IMG/VR virus record: IMGVR_UViG_3300037484_000491
Location: 1-64,000 of that record
From: a virus
Direction: 5' to 3' (one strand)
Length of the DNA stretch: 64,000 nucleotides
The notes under the pieces are model-generated. The model saw nothing but the letters and a program-made list of their open reading frames with translations, had not been told where the DNA came from and did no database searches. Shown in pieces: positions 28,280-37,430 of the stretch (position 1 is its first letter; the number at the start of each line of letters is the position of its first letter). The translations under genes were made by a program, and so were the position numbers.

Positions 28280-29392
28280 TTAAGCCAATTTCACAATACC
28301 GCACTTGCCGTTCTGATCAGAACGAATTTGCGGAATTTGTATTGCCATTACTTTGTACTTTGTAATCATCCCACCTTCAACACTCCACTGAATGTTAGTA
28401 AGGCCAAACCCGTTTACTAAACGAACTGTTTCCTTCTTCATTTCAACTAACAAAACCGTGTCATCCGGGAGTTTGTCAATAACTTTGATACCACCGATAC
28501 CTGCAATATCCAAAAGACGTTTTCTAATTGTCGTCCCAGGAGTAGTTGTATCATAATCATCATCAAGAACAACTTCATAATCAGTAGGAATATAAAGCTG
28601 CCAAGGACCATAATGATAAGCCCCTATACTCGATTTCTTCATATTAAGAACATCATTAAGAATACCTGCTGCCGTTTTAGCAGAAGCATCCCAGGCAGTG
28701 CCAAGAGTCACACCATTAATATCAGGAAAATTTATATAACTGTAAATTTTATTCCTGCTACGATCATCTTTAGTCCCATAAGCATAATCAGTATCAGTAA
28801 ACAACATTTCTTCCTGTTTTTCCAAAATTCTACGTGCTGCTCTTTCTGCAAGAGTAGTGTCAAGTGGATTTCCAAGTTTCCTGCTTGCTTCCAAATGCCT
28901 TGCATTGATTTCATAATCAACATGCAATATTGGAATAGGCAAATAATTGGTCTGATACACTACTGTATCATTTACTCCACGAGTTACTGCATCCATTGTT
29001 AATTCAACAGACAGAGCATCACTTACATCATGCCATTCAAGAACAGTTGTGCCCATTGCATTACCAAGATTGTAAGTCAGACCTTTATCAAGTAAATCCT
29101 GTACTCCACCAAGTCTGCCACGGGCAACATCCATTAACGCTTCATCCAACTGCTTCCACTCATCCCTCCGAAGGGTATTTGTATTATTCAGCGGATTTGC
29201 ATTAATGCAGATTTCACGGTAACTTGATGGTTTAGTAGGAGAACCTCCCATATATGTATTTACATATATTTTACCATCGTCACCAAGATAAGGTTTCATT
29301 TGTCCAACATTCAAGTTCCCGGAACTAAACCGGCTTGCTACGGGACCTTCAACCCCACCATTTGCCAAAAAATCAACTTTTACATCAAGCAT
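28280..29392 (-). CDS. major capsid protein (encapsulin-like / DUF2184-type HK97 fold)
   Basis: 370 aa. NTLRRDEWKQLDEALMDVARGRL...LPIPILHVDYEINARHLEASR follows the encapsulin/DUF2184 pattern. Consensus SD AGGAGG at 29401-29406. Downstream of the scaffold/protease gene. Confidence 0.7.
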   Translation of the reverse strand: MLDVKVDFLANGGVEGPVASRFSSGNLNVGQMKPYLGDDGKIYVNTYMGGSPTKPSSYREICINANPLNNTNTLRRDEWKQLDEALMDVARGRLGGVQDLLDKGLTYNLGNAMGTTVLEWHDVSDALSVELTMDAVTRGVNDTVVYQTNYLPIPILHVDYEINARHLEASRKLGNPLDTTLAERAARRILEKQEEMLFTDTDYAYGTKDDRSRNKIYSYINFPDINGVTLGTAWDASAKTAAGILNDVLNMKKSSIGAYHYGPWQLYIPTDYEVVLDDDYDTTTPGTTIRKRLLDIAGIGGIKVIDKLPDDTVLLVEMKKETVRLVNGFGLTNIQWSVEGGMITKYKVMAIQIPQIRSDQNGKCGIVKLA

Positions 29393-29414
29393 TGTTTTAT
29401 CCTCCTTTTTATAG

Positions 29415-29903
29415 TTATGTGATTCTTACTCTAAGAAACTGTTTTGTAGGAGCTTCACTGGAACCGGCAGCAGAAAGGCTGGAAAGTTCCAATTTCTCTA
29501 ATGCCTGAGCAACAATCTGTAAAGGATACACTGTATCAACTGCCTGAGAAGAAACCTCTACATCTGTTATTTTCTGTAAGTACCCTGCTCCATTTGATTC
29601 AAGGAAATCACCAATAGCAATATCCTGTTCGTCTTCAAGTTGAGCATAAACCTCATCTCCTTTTTGCGGAATCCAAACCCGAACTTTATCCCCAGCTGCA
29701 TAAGCGTCTGTAAGTCCCTTGCCCTGAAGACTATCTTCAATTGCAAACATCGGAATTGCATTCCCTCCTTCAGTAGCATGTTTTCTTAAAGTTGAATACC
29801 CCGGACGAGGTTCAACTAACATACCAGGGGACAGAGCTTCGTAAGCTTCATATTCCACGAAGTTATTCCCATAATTTTTCAGTATTACTGTGTTGTACGC
29901 CAT
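29415..29903 (-). CDS. head decoration/auxiliary capsid protein candidate
   Basis: 162 aa between the scaffold/protease and capsid genes; strong SD (AGGAGG). Confidence 0.4.
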   Translation of the reverse strand: MAYNTVILKNYGNNFVEYEAYEALSPGMLVEPRPGYSTLRKHATEGGNAIPMFAIEDSLQGKGLTDAYAAGDKVRVWIPQKGDEVYAQLEDEQDIAIGDFLESNGAGYLQKITDVEVSSQAVDTVYPLQIVAQALEKLELSSLSAAGSSEAPTKQFLRVRIT

Positions 29904-29920
29904 TTCTATTTTCCTCCTGT

Positions 29921-31285
29921 TTATTTGACGGTTTCCATTTCAACACCAACGGGATACATCACACCACCGCTGCCACTTGCATTAGCCTGAACAAATGCAG
30001 CAGCATTAAGTGAATAATTCCCATTATCTTCTTTTACAACGGATTTATATATCCCTTCAAGGGTATCGTCATCCATCTTACTCAACTTCTCATCAGTCCA
30101 TACTTTATCAGTATTAGCCTGAATCCCTTTAATCAGTTTCTCCCTCTGCTCCTTCAACTGTTTCTTGCCAAAAGCAAGAGCTGCCTGATCTTCCGCAGAA
30201 AGTTTGTTAATCTCCACTGTCTTTTCAACAACTTTCTCAACTTCTACCACCTTTGGGGCAATAGCTTTATCAAGGGCTGCTTCTGACAATGTTTCCAACC
30301 ACACCCTATCTGTTTCGTCAAAACCAGACTCCTTGTTTGCAAGAAGCGTATTGATTTTTTCAAGGCATTTTGGGCATTCGTTTTTTGCCATTTTACTTTC
30401 CTCCATTTTATTATTATTACTAAATTTACCTCTTGTCAAACTACTGTTGACAACATTAGCAGAATTAAGATCGTTGATTTTCCCGCTTTCAATTTCTTCA
30501 TCCTGTTTATCTTTGATTTCATTATCTTTCTTTTCATTTGCCCCTAACCCACAACCATCTTTACAACTACAAGCCCCAATCTGGTCATGCAATATTGCCA
30601 AATGGTCAGGTCTGTGATTCTTTGCTACCCCAATATATTTCTCCCCTTCGTATTCCCCTTCTTCCATTTCATTTTCTGTAAACATCCCAAGAGAAACTTC
30701 AACTTCTTTTGTTTCATTTATATCTTCCAAAGTTTCAGTTGACACATTGTTAAGTTTATCCTCATCCAACCAAACCTCTGCTTTAAGTTTCTTCCCTTCC
30801 ACAGAAGTATTATAAACCCTACCCACCGTTCTCTTATCAATAACATCAGGAGAATTTGCAGAAATAGCATTTCCATCTTCATCCTCTGGGTGATAAATAA
30901 CAACCGGAATCCCATTCCACGATTCAGGGAATTTACCAAGTTCAGTTATTGTATGCAATAATGGCCCCTGACTTCCATTATGCACCCCCTCTACCATCAT
31001 TACGACTGGAATAACCAAATGTGCTTTCTCCTGATGTACTGTGAGTTTTATTTCATAATCTAATACCTGCTTATTCTTATAAACAGAGTATTTTCCTTTG
31101 CTTTCATTAGTATTCATTACTGCACCATTAGCTTGCTTTATAGCAGAAGCAGCACACTCTTTTTCAGAACCTCCTTTTGCCATACATCTTTTAAGTACAG
31201 AATTGCAAATTCTTGCCCACTGTTTTGCTTGTTTTTCCGTAAGGCCGGCTTTGTGCTTTTTTGCATCTTCCCAAGTCCAAGGCAT
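29921..31285 (-). CDS. DUF2213-like prohead protease/scaffold protein
   Basis: GIPVVIYHPEDEDGNAISANSPDVIDKRTVGRVYNTSVEGKKLKAEVWLDEDKL resembles DUF2213. The C-terminal third is charged coiled coil (scaffold-like). Strong SD. Confidence 0.55.
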   Translation of the reverse strand: MPWTWEDAKKHKAGLTEKQAKQWARICNSVLKRCMAKGGSEKECAASAIKQANGAVMNTNESKGKYSVYKNKQVLDYEIKLTVHQEKAHLVIPVVMMVEGVHNGSQGPLLHTITELGKFPESWNGIPVVIYHPEDEDGNAISANSPDVIDKRTVGRVYNTSVEGKKLKAEVWLDEDKLNNVSTETLEDINETKEVEVSLGMFTENEMEEGEYEGEKYIGVAKNHRPDHLAILHDQIGACSCKDGCGLGANEKKDNEIKDKQDEEIESGKINDLNSANVVNSSLTRGKFSNNNKMEESKMAKNECPKCLEKINTLLANKESGFDETDRVWLETLSEAALDKAIAPKVVEVEKVVEKTVEINKLSAEDQAALAFGKKQLKEQREKLIKGIQANTDKVWTDEKLSKMDDDTLEGIYKSVVKEDNGNYSLNAAAFVQANASGSGGVMYPVGVEMETVK

Positions 31286-31304
31286 CTTTCTTTCCTCCTA
31301 TATT

Positions 31305-31547
31305 TTAACTAAATTTAGATATTCTTTTCTTTGAAATCCTCCACCCACATTCAATACAATTATACATGTAATTATTTGTTCTATTACGAGTTATATACTT
31401 CATGTCACCCCAATTCATGTGCAATCTTTCTATACAACTTCTACAATAAAGATCACCATTTGCCGTAACTCCACCAACAGCTTTATTACTTGCAGTAGGA
31501 GTAAGTACAGGAAAATCAGCATAAGTAACATTCATTGTAAGTGCCAT
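31305..31547 (-). CDS. small zinc-ribbon protein (80 aa)
   Basis: CRSC...(x27)...CIEC Cys pairs. Confidence 0.4.
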   Translation of the reverse strand: MALTMNVTYADFPVLTPTASNKAVGGVTANGDLYCRSCIERLHMNWGDMKYITRNRTNNYMYNCIECGWRISKKRISKFS

Positions 31548-31550
31548 ATT

Positions 31551-32507
31551 TTACATATATTTTTGAATATCTGCAATCCATGGAAGCCAGCAACATCTGC
31601 AATTCGGGTGAACCGGGATTATTCCACTTGCTTCATCCAATGTAAATACTTTACCTTGCAAATGTTCACAAATCGAACATACTCGATCATCCCCAGCAGT
31701 TTGAAACTCTACTAAAGCAGAAACCCCTTCAATTCCCCAATTACGATATTCTTGTAAAGTACTTTCTGCAAAACTTCTTATTGTTTCAGTTCTGGCCAAC
31801 ATCTCTGCCCTTCTCATTGCAGGAATAAATCTTCCCAAAGTATCAGTAATTCCTAATTCACCCATTCCTGTACCATTTATTGCAGCCACAAGTTTTCGTG
31901 CAATCAAAGCAGGAGCTTCACCATTTAAAAACCCTTGTGTGAGAATCCTGCTTATTTGTGTACTCATTGCATCAGTGATGCCCTTTAAATCTGTAAATAC
32001 TTTTCCTTGCAACAATCCCAACCTTTCAACATGATAAATATTTTTCAACACCATGTCAATTCCTCCCATTTCTTCTATGGTTGGTATTTTCATCCCTGCT
32101 TTTATCAATTCCTGTCTTGCCCTTGTTACCCCCATCTTGTAAGCCTCGTACACATACCTATTTGTCCAAGGGTCTGTAAACCTTGCTGTACTTAAAATTC
32201 CCCTGTCAACTTGTGTCTGTACCCAAATAAGGAATAATGCTATTTTCTCTGAACTATTCCTATACTTTAATTCTTCTTCCGAAAGAGGTTGCATTTGGTT
32301 TGCTTGCAATTTATCTTTCTTCAACCCAAAACAATCATTGTTGTAAACTGACCTTTTAACCATCAAAGCAAGTTCAGTAAACCTTTTGTTTACATCTTTG
32401 AAAAAAGCATTTCTCAACCTCATAGTTAAGGTTGGGTCAACTTTCTTTACTTGCTGATATGTTGTTAATTCTTTCATATTATTTCGTGTCGTCTGACTGC
32501 AACTCAT
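31551..32507 (-). CDS. phage head morphogenesis protein (Mu F / SPP1 gp7 family)
   Basis: RAEMLARTETIRSFAEST...AGDDRVCSICEHLQGKVFTLDEASGIIPVHPNCRCCWLP is the classical Mu F C-terminal motif. Confidence 0.8.
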   Translation of the reverse strand: MSCSQTTRNNMKELTTYQQVKKVDPTLTMRLRNAFFKDVNKRFTELALMVKRSVYNNDCFGLKKDKLQANQMQPLSEEELKYRNSSEKIALFLIWVQTQVDRGILSTARFTDPWTNRYVYEAYKMGVTRARQELIKAGMKIPTIEEMGGIDMVLKNIYHVERLGLLQGKVFTDLKGITDAMSTQISRILTQGFLNGEAPALIARKLVAAINGTGMGELGITDTLGRFIPAMRRAEMLARTETIRSFAESTLQEYRNWGIEGVSALVEFQTAGDDRVCSICEHLQGKVFTLDEASGIIPVHPNCRCCWLPWIADIQKYM

Positions 32508-32512
32508 TTAGA

Positions 32513-33031
32513 TTACCTCCTTCTATATAATTTCCTCGACGGGGTAAGCTCATTTATTGGTATGCTTATGCCAAATATTAGCGACACTCCTCTGCCGGTC
32601 AGAAACCCATCGGGCGGAGCCATCCTGCTAAGTGTTTTATCCCAAAGCGATGTTCCTCCGATATATGTTACCGGCAATCCTCTTGTAACATTGTAAGCCG
32701 GATCAAATATTGAGATCCTAAGAGATACATACGATGCAAGATACCACCCCCACTTACTTTTATCGTAATCAATTATAAAAGGACTTGTGAGTAGTAATCC
32801 GATGCTGGCAGCGTTACAGGCATGACCCCACTGCTTTTTACCATCATCATTCAGCCCGTCGCCAACAGCATTAAGAATTATCGAACCTGTATAAATAGAG
32901 ATTACCTTTACATAATTCGGCACTCTGCTTTCCTTAAACGGCTTTTTATACTTAAAGTCGTCAATGATATATTGAGATGATAAATTAGCAAATAAGAAAC
33001 TAATTAATAATATCAGTAATATCTTTTTCAT
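32513..33031 (-). CDS. secreted/membrane protein with N-terminal signal peptide (172 aa)
   Basis: MKKILLILLISFLFANLSSQ signal-like N-terminus plus further hydrophobic segments. Confidence 0.45.
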   Translation of the reverse strand: MKKILLILLISFLFANLSSQYIIDDFKYKKPFKESRVPNYVKVISIYTGSIILNAVGDGLNDDGKKQWGHACNAASIGLLLTSPFIIDYDKSKWGWYLASYVSLRISIFDPAYNVTRGLPVTYIGGTSLWDKTLSRMAPPDGFLTGRGVSLIFGISIPINELTPSRKLYRRR

Positions 33032-33292
33032 TTACTTATTTTTATCTATTGACACAAAATCAACACACTTACTCAATGATACTTTACCTTCAGATATAAC
33101 TATTTTATCATTTGATTCAAGAATCTTTTTTATATCAATTTTTGACACATCATTTATTAGATTTTTGTCTTTGTAATCTTTATATAATATTACGTTGACA
33201 TCATCGTCTGTATATATGGTACATTTCTCCGCCAATATAATTTCCTTAGTAGATTCAATCAATGCAACCCCCAAATTGAGTATCTTTTTCAT
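33032..33292 (-). CDS. hypothetical protein (86 aa)
   Basis: ORF track; abuts neighbours without a gap. Confidence 0.4.
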   Translation of the reverse strand: MKKILNLGVALIESTKEIILAEKCTIYTDDDVNVILYKDYKDKNLINDVSKIDIKKILESNDKIVISEGKVSLSKCVDFVSIDKNK

Positions 33293-34695
33293 TATGCTCC
33301 AAGATTAACTGTTGTAATTGATTTTGTTGATTTTAATGTTGTAACCGCATCTGTTACTTCTGACGGAGGAGAAGCATAATCAGCATAGTCATTTATTGTA
33401 ACAGTTGCTGGAAGTGTGCCTGTTCTATTGGTCATTTGTGTTAATAATGTAACCATATCAGAGGAACTCATCTTTGTATCTCGGTAATTTAAAAGTGAGA
33501 ATGTTCCGATATTGCCATTATTGCCAACATCCAATCCTGTCCATGCTATCGAAGTACCTGAAAGATACAGAGTTATAAGTCCTGTTGGTAATGCTCCTGA
33601 GTATGTCCATGCTATCGAAGTACCTGAAAGATACAGAGTTATAAGTCCTGTTGGTAATGCTCCTGAGTATGTCCATGATATCGAAGTACCTGAAAGATAC
33701 AGATATGTGAGGCCTGTTGGTAATGCTCCTGAGTATGTCCATGATATCGAAGTACCTGAAAGATACAGATATGTGAGGCCTGTTGGTAATGCTCCTGAAT
33801 ATGTCCATGATATCGAATTCCCTGAAAGAAGCAGAGTTGTAAGTCCTGTTGGTAATGCTCCTGAATATGTCCATGATATCGAATTCCCTGAAAGATACAG
33901 ATATGTGAGGCCTGTTGGTAATGCTCCTGAATATGTCCATGATATCGAAGTACCTGAAAGATACAGATATGTGAGGCCTGTTGGTAATGCTCCTGTTAAT
34001 TCACTTGTGCCTGTAATTCTAAGTTTAGTCAATGGCATTTTACCAATAATAGAAGTTATCTTAGACGCATTAGTCGTACTCGTCCAGCCATCAGTTATAC
34101 TATTTCCCCATTCCGTTATTTTTGAAATATCGCTGAATGTCATCAGTGCAGTTCCGGCAGTGCATTTCAAGTAGATAGTTCTCAATGCACCCGATGTAAT
34201 TGTCCATGTTGCACTTTCATTTAAAGTCCCCGCTGCATCTGAATAGAACTTAGCATTTGCACCAAGAGTAACAGTAATATCTGAACTTACTGTCATCTTT
34301 AAAGTACTTACACCTGCTCCCGTACCCGTTGAAGTGAGAAGCATGGTATAGAGAACATTATTAATAACATTTGCAGTTCCTCCTGTCTTTACAAAAGTAA
34401 CTACCGGTGTATCACCGTAAATAAATGGAAGCGATACTGTTAATGTCAGAATTTTATTTGTGGCATCTCTTTCAAGTAATGTAATTGTTTTCCCCGCAAT
34501 AGTAAAATCAGAGGCGACTACTTTTGTGTCTGCCTTACTAAAAGTCAATACTACTTTAGTTGGCTCAGCATCTTCTACTACTGCGGAAGTTAATGAGTTC
34601 CATAGTGTCGTCCAGTAACTACTCCACGAAAAATCACTCGCCACAACACTCCTTACAACGGAACTTACTACACCCCTTACTACTGGTTTACTCAT
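33292..34695 (-). CDS. leucine-rich-repeat (LRR)-type virion-associated protein candidate
   Basis: Seven 22-aa units GALPTGLTYLYLSGTSISWTYS (L-x-x-L-x-L-x-x-x-x-I pattern) after an Ig/beta-rich N-terminal half; immediately downstream of the portal gene. Confidence 0.6.
   Translation of the reverse strand: MSKPVVRGVVSSVVRSVVASDFSWSSYWTTLWNSLTSAVVEDAEPTKVVLTFSKADTKVVASDFTIAGKTITLLERDATNKILTLTVSLPFIYGDTPVVTFVKTGGTANVINNVLYTMLLTSTGTGAGVSTLKMTVSSDITVTLGANAKFYSDAAGTLNESATWTITSGALRTIYLKCTAGTALMTFSDISKITEWGNSITDGWTSTTNASKITSIIGKMPLTKLRITGTSELTGALPTGLTYLYLSGTSISWTYSGALPTGLTYLYLSGNSISWTYSGALPTGLTTLLLSGNSISWTYSGALPTGLTYLYLSGTSISWTYSGALPTGLTYLYLSGTSISWTYSGALPTGLITLYLSGTSIAWTYSGALPTGLITLYLSGTSIAWTGLDVGNNGNIGTFSLLNYRDTKMSSSDMVTLLTQMTNRTGTLPATVTINDYADYASPPSEVTDAVTTLKSTKSITTVNLGA
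33539..34000. repeat. 7 x 66-nt near-identical tandem repeat encoding the LRR units
   Basis: Units start at 33539, 33605, 33671, 33737, 33803, 33869 and 33935; only a few substitutions between units. Confidence 0.9.
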
Positions 34696-34701
34696 CTTGT
34701 T

Positions 34702-36168
34702 TTATTTAACTACTGGTTTTTTCTTAACTACTGGTTTAAGAGCTGCAACAGGTGCGGGAGGTTCAGGGGGTTCTGTAATATCCTTAATCTCCTCCATCAA
34801 TTTTCTCTGCTCATCACTTACACCATCACCAATCATCTTATTTGCCAAGTCAATCTCTGCCTGTGAAAACCCAAGACATTTCTCCAAGAACAAACTTGGT
34901 GGTACTAGTCCTTCTGCCATCGGATTTGTCGTGTACGACCTTATCGCCTCTGCCCTTTGCTGACCAATAGCAACCCTTTCCTTCTCACTGATTGAAAATA
35001 AATCCAACCAATCCACAGTATATTTTCCACTTTCAGGTTTTGGTAAAATCCCTAATTCAATTAACCTGCCCACAAATGGTTCAATAATATGTGGTTCAGC
35101 ATGGTCTTCCCTTCTACTTTGTACATATGTTTTCCATTCTCCTGTATCCTGTGTACTCGCAAGTTCACCTCTTTCACTTCCACTTAATATTCTCTTTGGA
35201 ATCCCTGTTACAGCAGAAATCATAGTCAACTGAATATCAACGTGCCCTGAAGGATCAGCAATCTGTTGTGCAAGAGCTTTCAGGTCTATCCCTTCATTTA
35301 TTAAAATCCTTCTTAAACCATTTTCGTATTCATCTATCTGATCTTTTAAATCATCTTTAGTAGTTTGTGTCATTGAGTAATCTTTATCTATCATACCCTG
35401 ATACCCCGGTCTGGCACCTCTCCAAAACATCTCAGCATCGCCACCTACTAATTTTTCAAGATCAAACAACCTGTTAAATACAGCTTCTAACTTCGGAATC
35501 CCTAAAACTTCACTTTCCAAATGATCTTCCAATATATGAATCATCCTTGAATGATGGACTTTTATCAATGAACTGCTACCACTTGCCACATCTGCCACCT
35601 GAACATCATAAATTAAAGGCATCCCATATCTCTGATTATTCGGGTTTGATTCATATGTAGATATTTTTGCACCACTCTCACCAAAAGGCTTCACATACAA
35701 TAATTTTTTTACCCCTGAATCCTTTACAGGTTTCATAAAATCTTCATTGCTTCCCACATCATTCAACCCAAGAAGCAAAACCCCATATCTGCCAATCCCT
35801 GTCAACCTGTCAACTCTTGCAAGTAATGAACGCAACTTTAACTTTTTATTCAAATCGTACCAAGATTGTTCAAATGGTGTTTTTTGAGCATCCTCTGATT
35901 CAATAAGTTCTAACTGCCCCTGCCACGTGGCTTTTACAGGTCTGTCAATCACAGCCTTTGCTATATCCTGCCTTGAATACCTTGCAAAATAATCATCATA
36001 ATCAAGTATTAATTTATACCCAAGAGCTTGATAAACATCCCTATCACCACCATACTGCTGTCCAAGCCTTGATGCGAGATTGGCTCTGGCAACTACCATA
36101 CTTGTCAAAATCTGCAATTGCTTATTTGACAGAGGTTGTATTGTTGTTGAATGTTTTGTTCTTTCCAT
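34702..36168 (-). CDS. portal protein (DUF1073-type)
   Basis: 488 aa. ARANLASRLGQQYGGDRDVYQALGY...SRQDIAKAVIDRPVKATW and LARVDRLTGIGRYGVLLLG are typical of this portal family. Confidence 0.75.
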   Translation of the reverse strand: MERTKHSTTIQPLSNKQLQILTSMVVARANLASRLGQQYGGDRDVYQALGYKLILDYDDYFARYSRQDIAKAVIDRPVKATWQGQLELIESEDAQKTPFEQSWYDLNKKLKLRSLLARVDRLTGIGRYGVLLLGLNDVGSNEDFMKPVKDSGVKKLLYVKPFGESGAKISTYESNPNNQRYGMPLIYDVQVADVASGSSSLIKVHHSRMIHILEDHLESEVLGIPKLEAVFNRLFDLEKLVGGDAEMFWRGARPGYQGMIDKDYSMTQTTKDDLKDQIDEYENGLRRILINEGIDLKALAQQIADPSGHVDIQLTMISAVTGIPKRILSGSERGELASTQDTGEWKTYVQSRREDHAEPHIIEPFVGRLIELGILPKPESGKYTVDWLDLFSISEKERVAIGQQRAEAIRSYTTNPMAEGLVPPSLFLEKCLGFSQAEIDLANKMIGDGVSDEQRKLMEEIKDITEPPEPPAPVAALKPVVKKKPVVK

Positions 36169-36274
36169 TATTTCTTTTTCTAAAGAATAAATACCATAAA
36201 AAAGCTACAATTAATGATATTATTATCCATTTGAAAATCATCTTTTAAAATATAAAAGTTATTATTTGAATTAT

Positions 36275-36463
36275 TCATATTTTCTTCTTAGTCATTATTA
36301 TCTCATCCTTCCTTACACATTCATCCGGGCAAATTGGGGAACCTTTTTCATCAACAGTTGGATGCAAGCAATCCTCAATAAATTCACAAAACCAACATTC
36401 CCTGTAAGGCAGATTTATTTTCTGCTTACCATACTTTACATATATCTCTCCAAAAGTACCGAT
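36275..36463 (-). CDS. candidate Cys-rich 62-codon ORF without ATG/GTG start, in frame with and directly after the TAA of 36464-36922
   Basis: Hand translation: IGTFGEIYVKYGKQKINLPYRECWFCEFIEDCLHPTVDEKGSPICPDECVRKDEIIMTKKKI*. It fills most of an otherwise unexplained 295-nt gap in a tightly packed operon. Confidence 0.25.
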   Translation of the reverse strand: MGTFGEIYVKYGKQKINLPYRECWFCEFIEDCLHPTVDEKGSPICPDECVRKDEIIMTKKKI

Positions 36464-36922
36464 TTACTTTATTTTTATTGAATCACCTAAACCCTGATCA
36501 TTAAATTTTACATATCCTCCTCTTGTAACTTTTGAAACACCTTCTTGCATGCGTATTTCATGTCTTATAATATCTTCCATGTTTTTTAATTGATTAGGAA
36601 CTTGTGTTGTCTTTACAACACTAATAAGAGTAATAACTACAAGAATAACTATCATTCCTATAAACACTTTTGGATATTTTTTTATCATCTTATACTCTTC
36701 CAAATCTTTTTTTATTTCTGTTATTTCTTTTGCCGGATTACAATTAACAAGATGTGTTAAAAAATCTTTTTCAAGTATTGTAACTCTGCCATTCGTTTTT
36801 GTTGTTTGTATTTTTATCTCTTCAAGTCGTTCATGAACATTTTCAAACTGAGCATGAAGATGTTTCGTTAATCCTTCAAATTTATTCTCCAAATACAACC
36901 TATAATCTGAATCATTTACCAT
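36464..36922 (-). CDS. coiled-coil protein with C-terminal TM segment (152 aa)
   Basis: ORF track; VFIGMIVILVVITLISVV hydrophobic segment. Confidence 0.5.
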   Translation of the reverse strand: MVNDSDYRLYLENKFEGLTKHLHAQFENVHERLEEIKIQTTKTNGRVTILEKDFLTHLVNCNPAKEITEIKKDLEEYKMIKKYPKVFIGMIVILVVITLISVVKTTQVPNQLKNMEDIIRHEIRMQEGVSKVTRGGYVKFNDQGLGDSIKIK

Positions 36923-36983
36923 AGCATATTGTATTTTCTGTTATAAATATTTATTTTTGATTTCATTTTATTAATCTTTTATA

Positions 36984-37373
36984 TTACCAATCAAACCCAA
37001 ACGTCAAACTACCACTGGTATAATCTCCATCCTTTACCCCAGCTCTCCAACGAACTGCTGCTCCGGTATCTTCGACCTCTATACGATTACCCACAGCAAG
37101 TTCATTTCCACCAAAATCTACAAAATCCTGCCAACCTGCATCCCCATCACATTTAAACTGGAGGGTAACTGTCATACTGGATGTATCCGATGCTCCTGAA
37201 GAGTCAGATTCATTTTCCCGTATAGAAAAATACATCTTTCCTTTAGATATCCCATCATTCACCTTGTCTCGTAGACAGACTTCATTGGTCCAATACCCTA
37301 ATTCTGAACCTGAAGGTTGAGTGTCTATCGTTGCATATTCCTTAAAAGGACCTGAACTTTTACTATTTGCCAT
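36984..37373 (-). CDS. hypothetical beta-rich protein (129 aa)
   Basis: ORF track. Confidence 0.5.
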   Translation of the reverse strand: MANSKSSGPFKEYATIDTQPSGSELGYWTNEVCLRDKVNDGISKGKMYFSIRENESDSSGASDTSSMTVTLQFKCDGDAGWQDFVDFGGNELAVGNRIEVEDTGAAVRWRAGVKDGDYTSGSLTFGFDW

Positions 37374-37430
37374 TGTTTTACGTTTTTAAAACCCCACACC
37401 CCTATATAATATAAAGGTGTAGGTTTAAGT

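Noticed and set aside
33539-34000. Tandem repeats (here and at 48552-49098 and 4841-5065) as possible CRISPR arrays
   Set aside because: There are no unique spacers between repeats, the units are contiguous and in-frame multiples of 3 within long ORFs, and no cas genes are present.
33512-34174. Plus-strand ORF 33512-34174 and alternative minus-frame ORF 33518-33940 in the LRR repeat
   Set aside because: These are antisense or alternative-frame readings of the 66-nt tandem repeat, inside a clearly coding minus-strand gene.
36266-36481. 71-aa plus-strand ORF in the gap upstream of the portal gene
   Set aside because: It lies on the opposite strand to the whole late arm and has an aromatic/Leu-rich low-complexity translation. 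The minus-strand Cys-rich frame is a better candidate; see findings.
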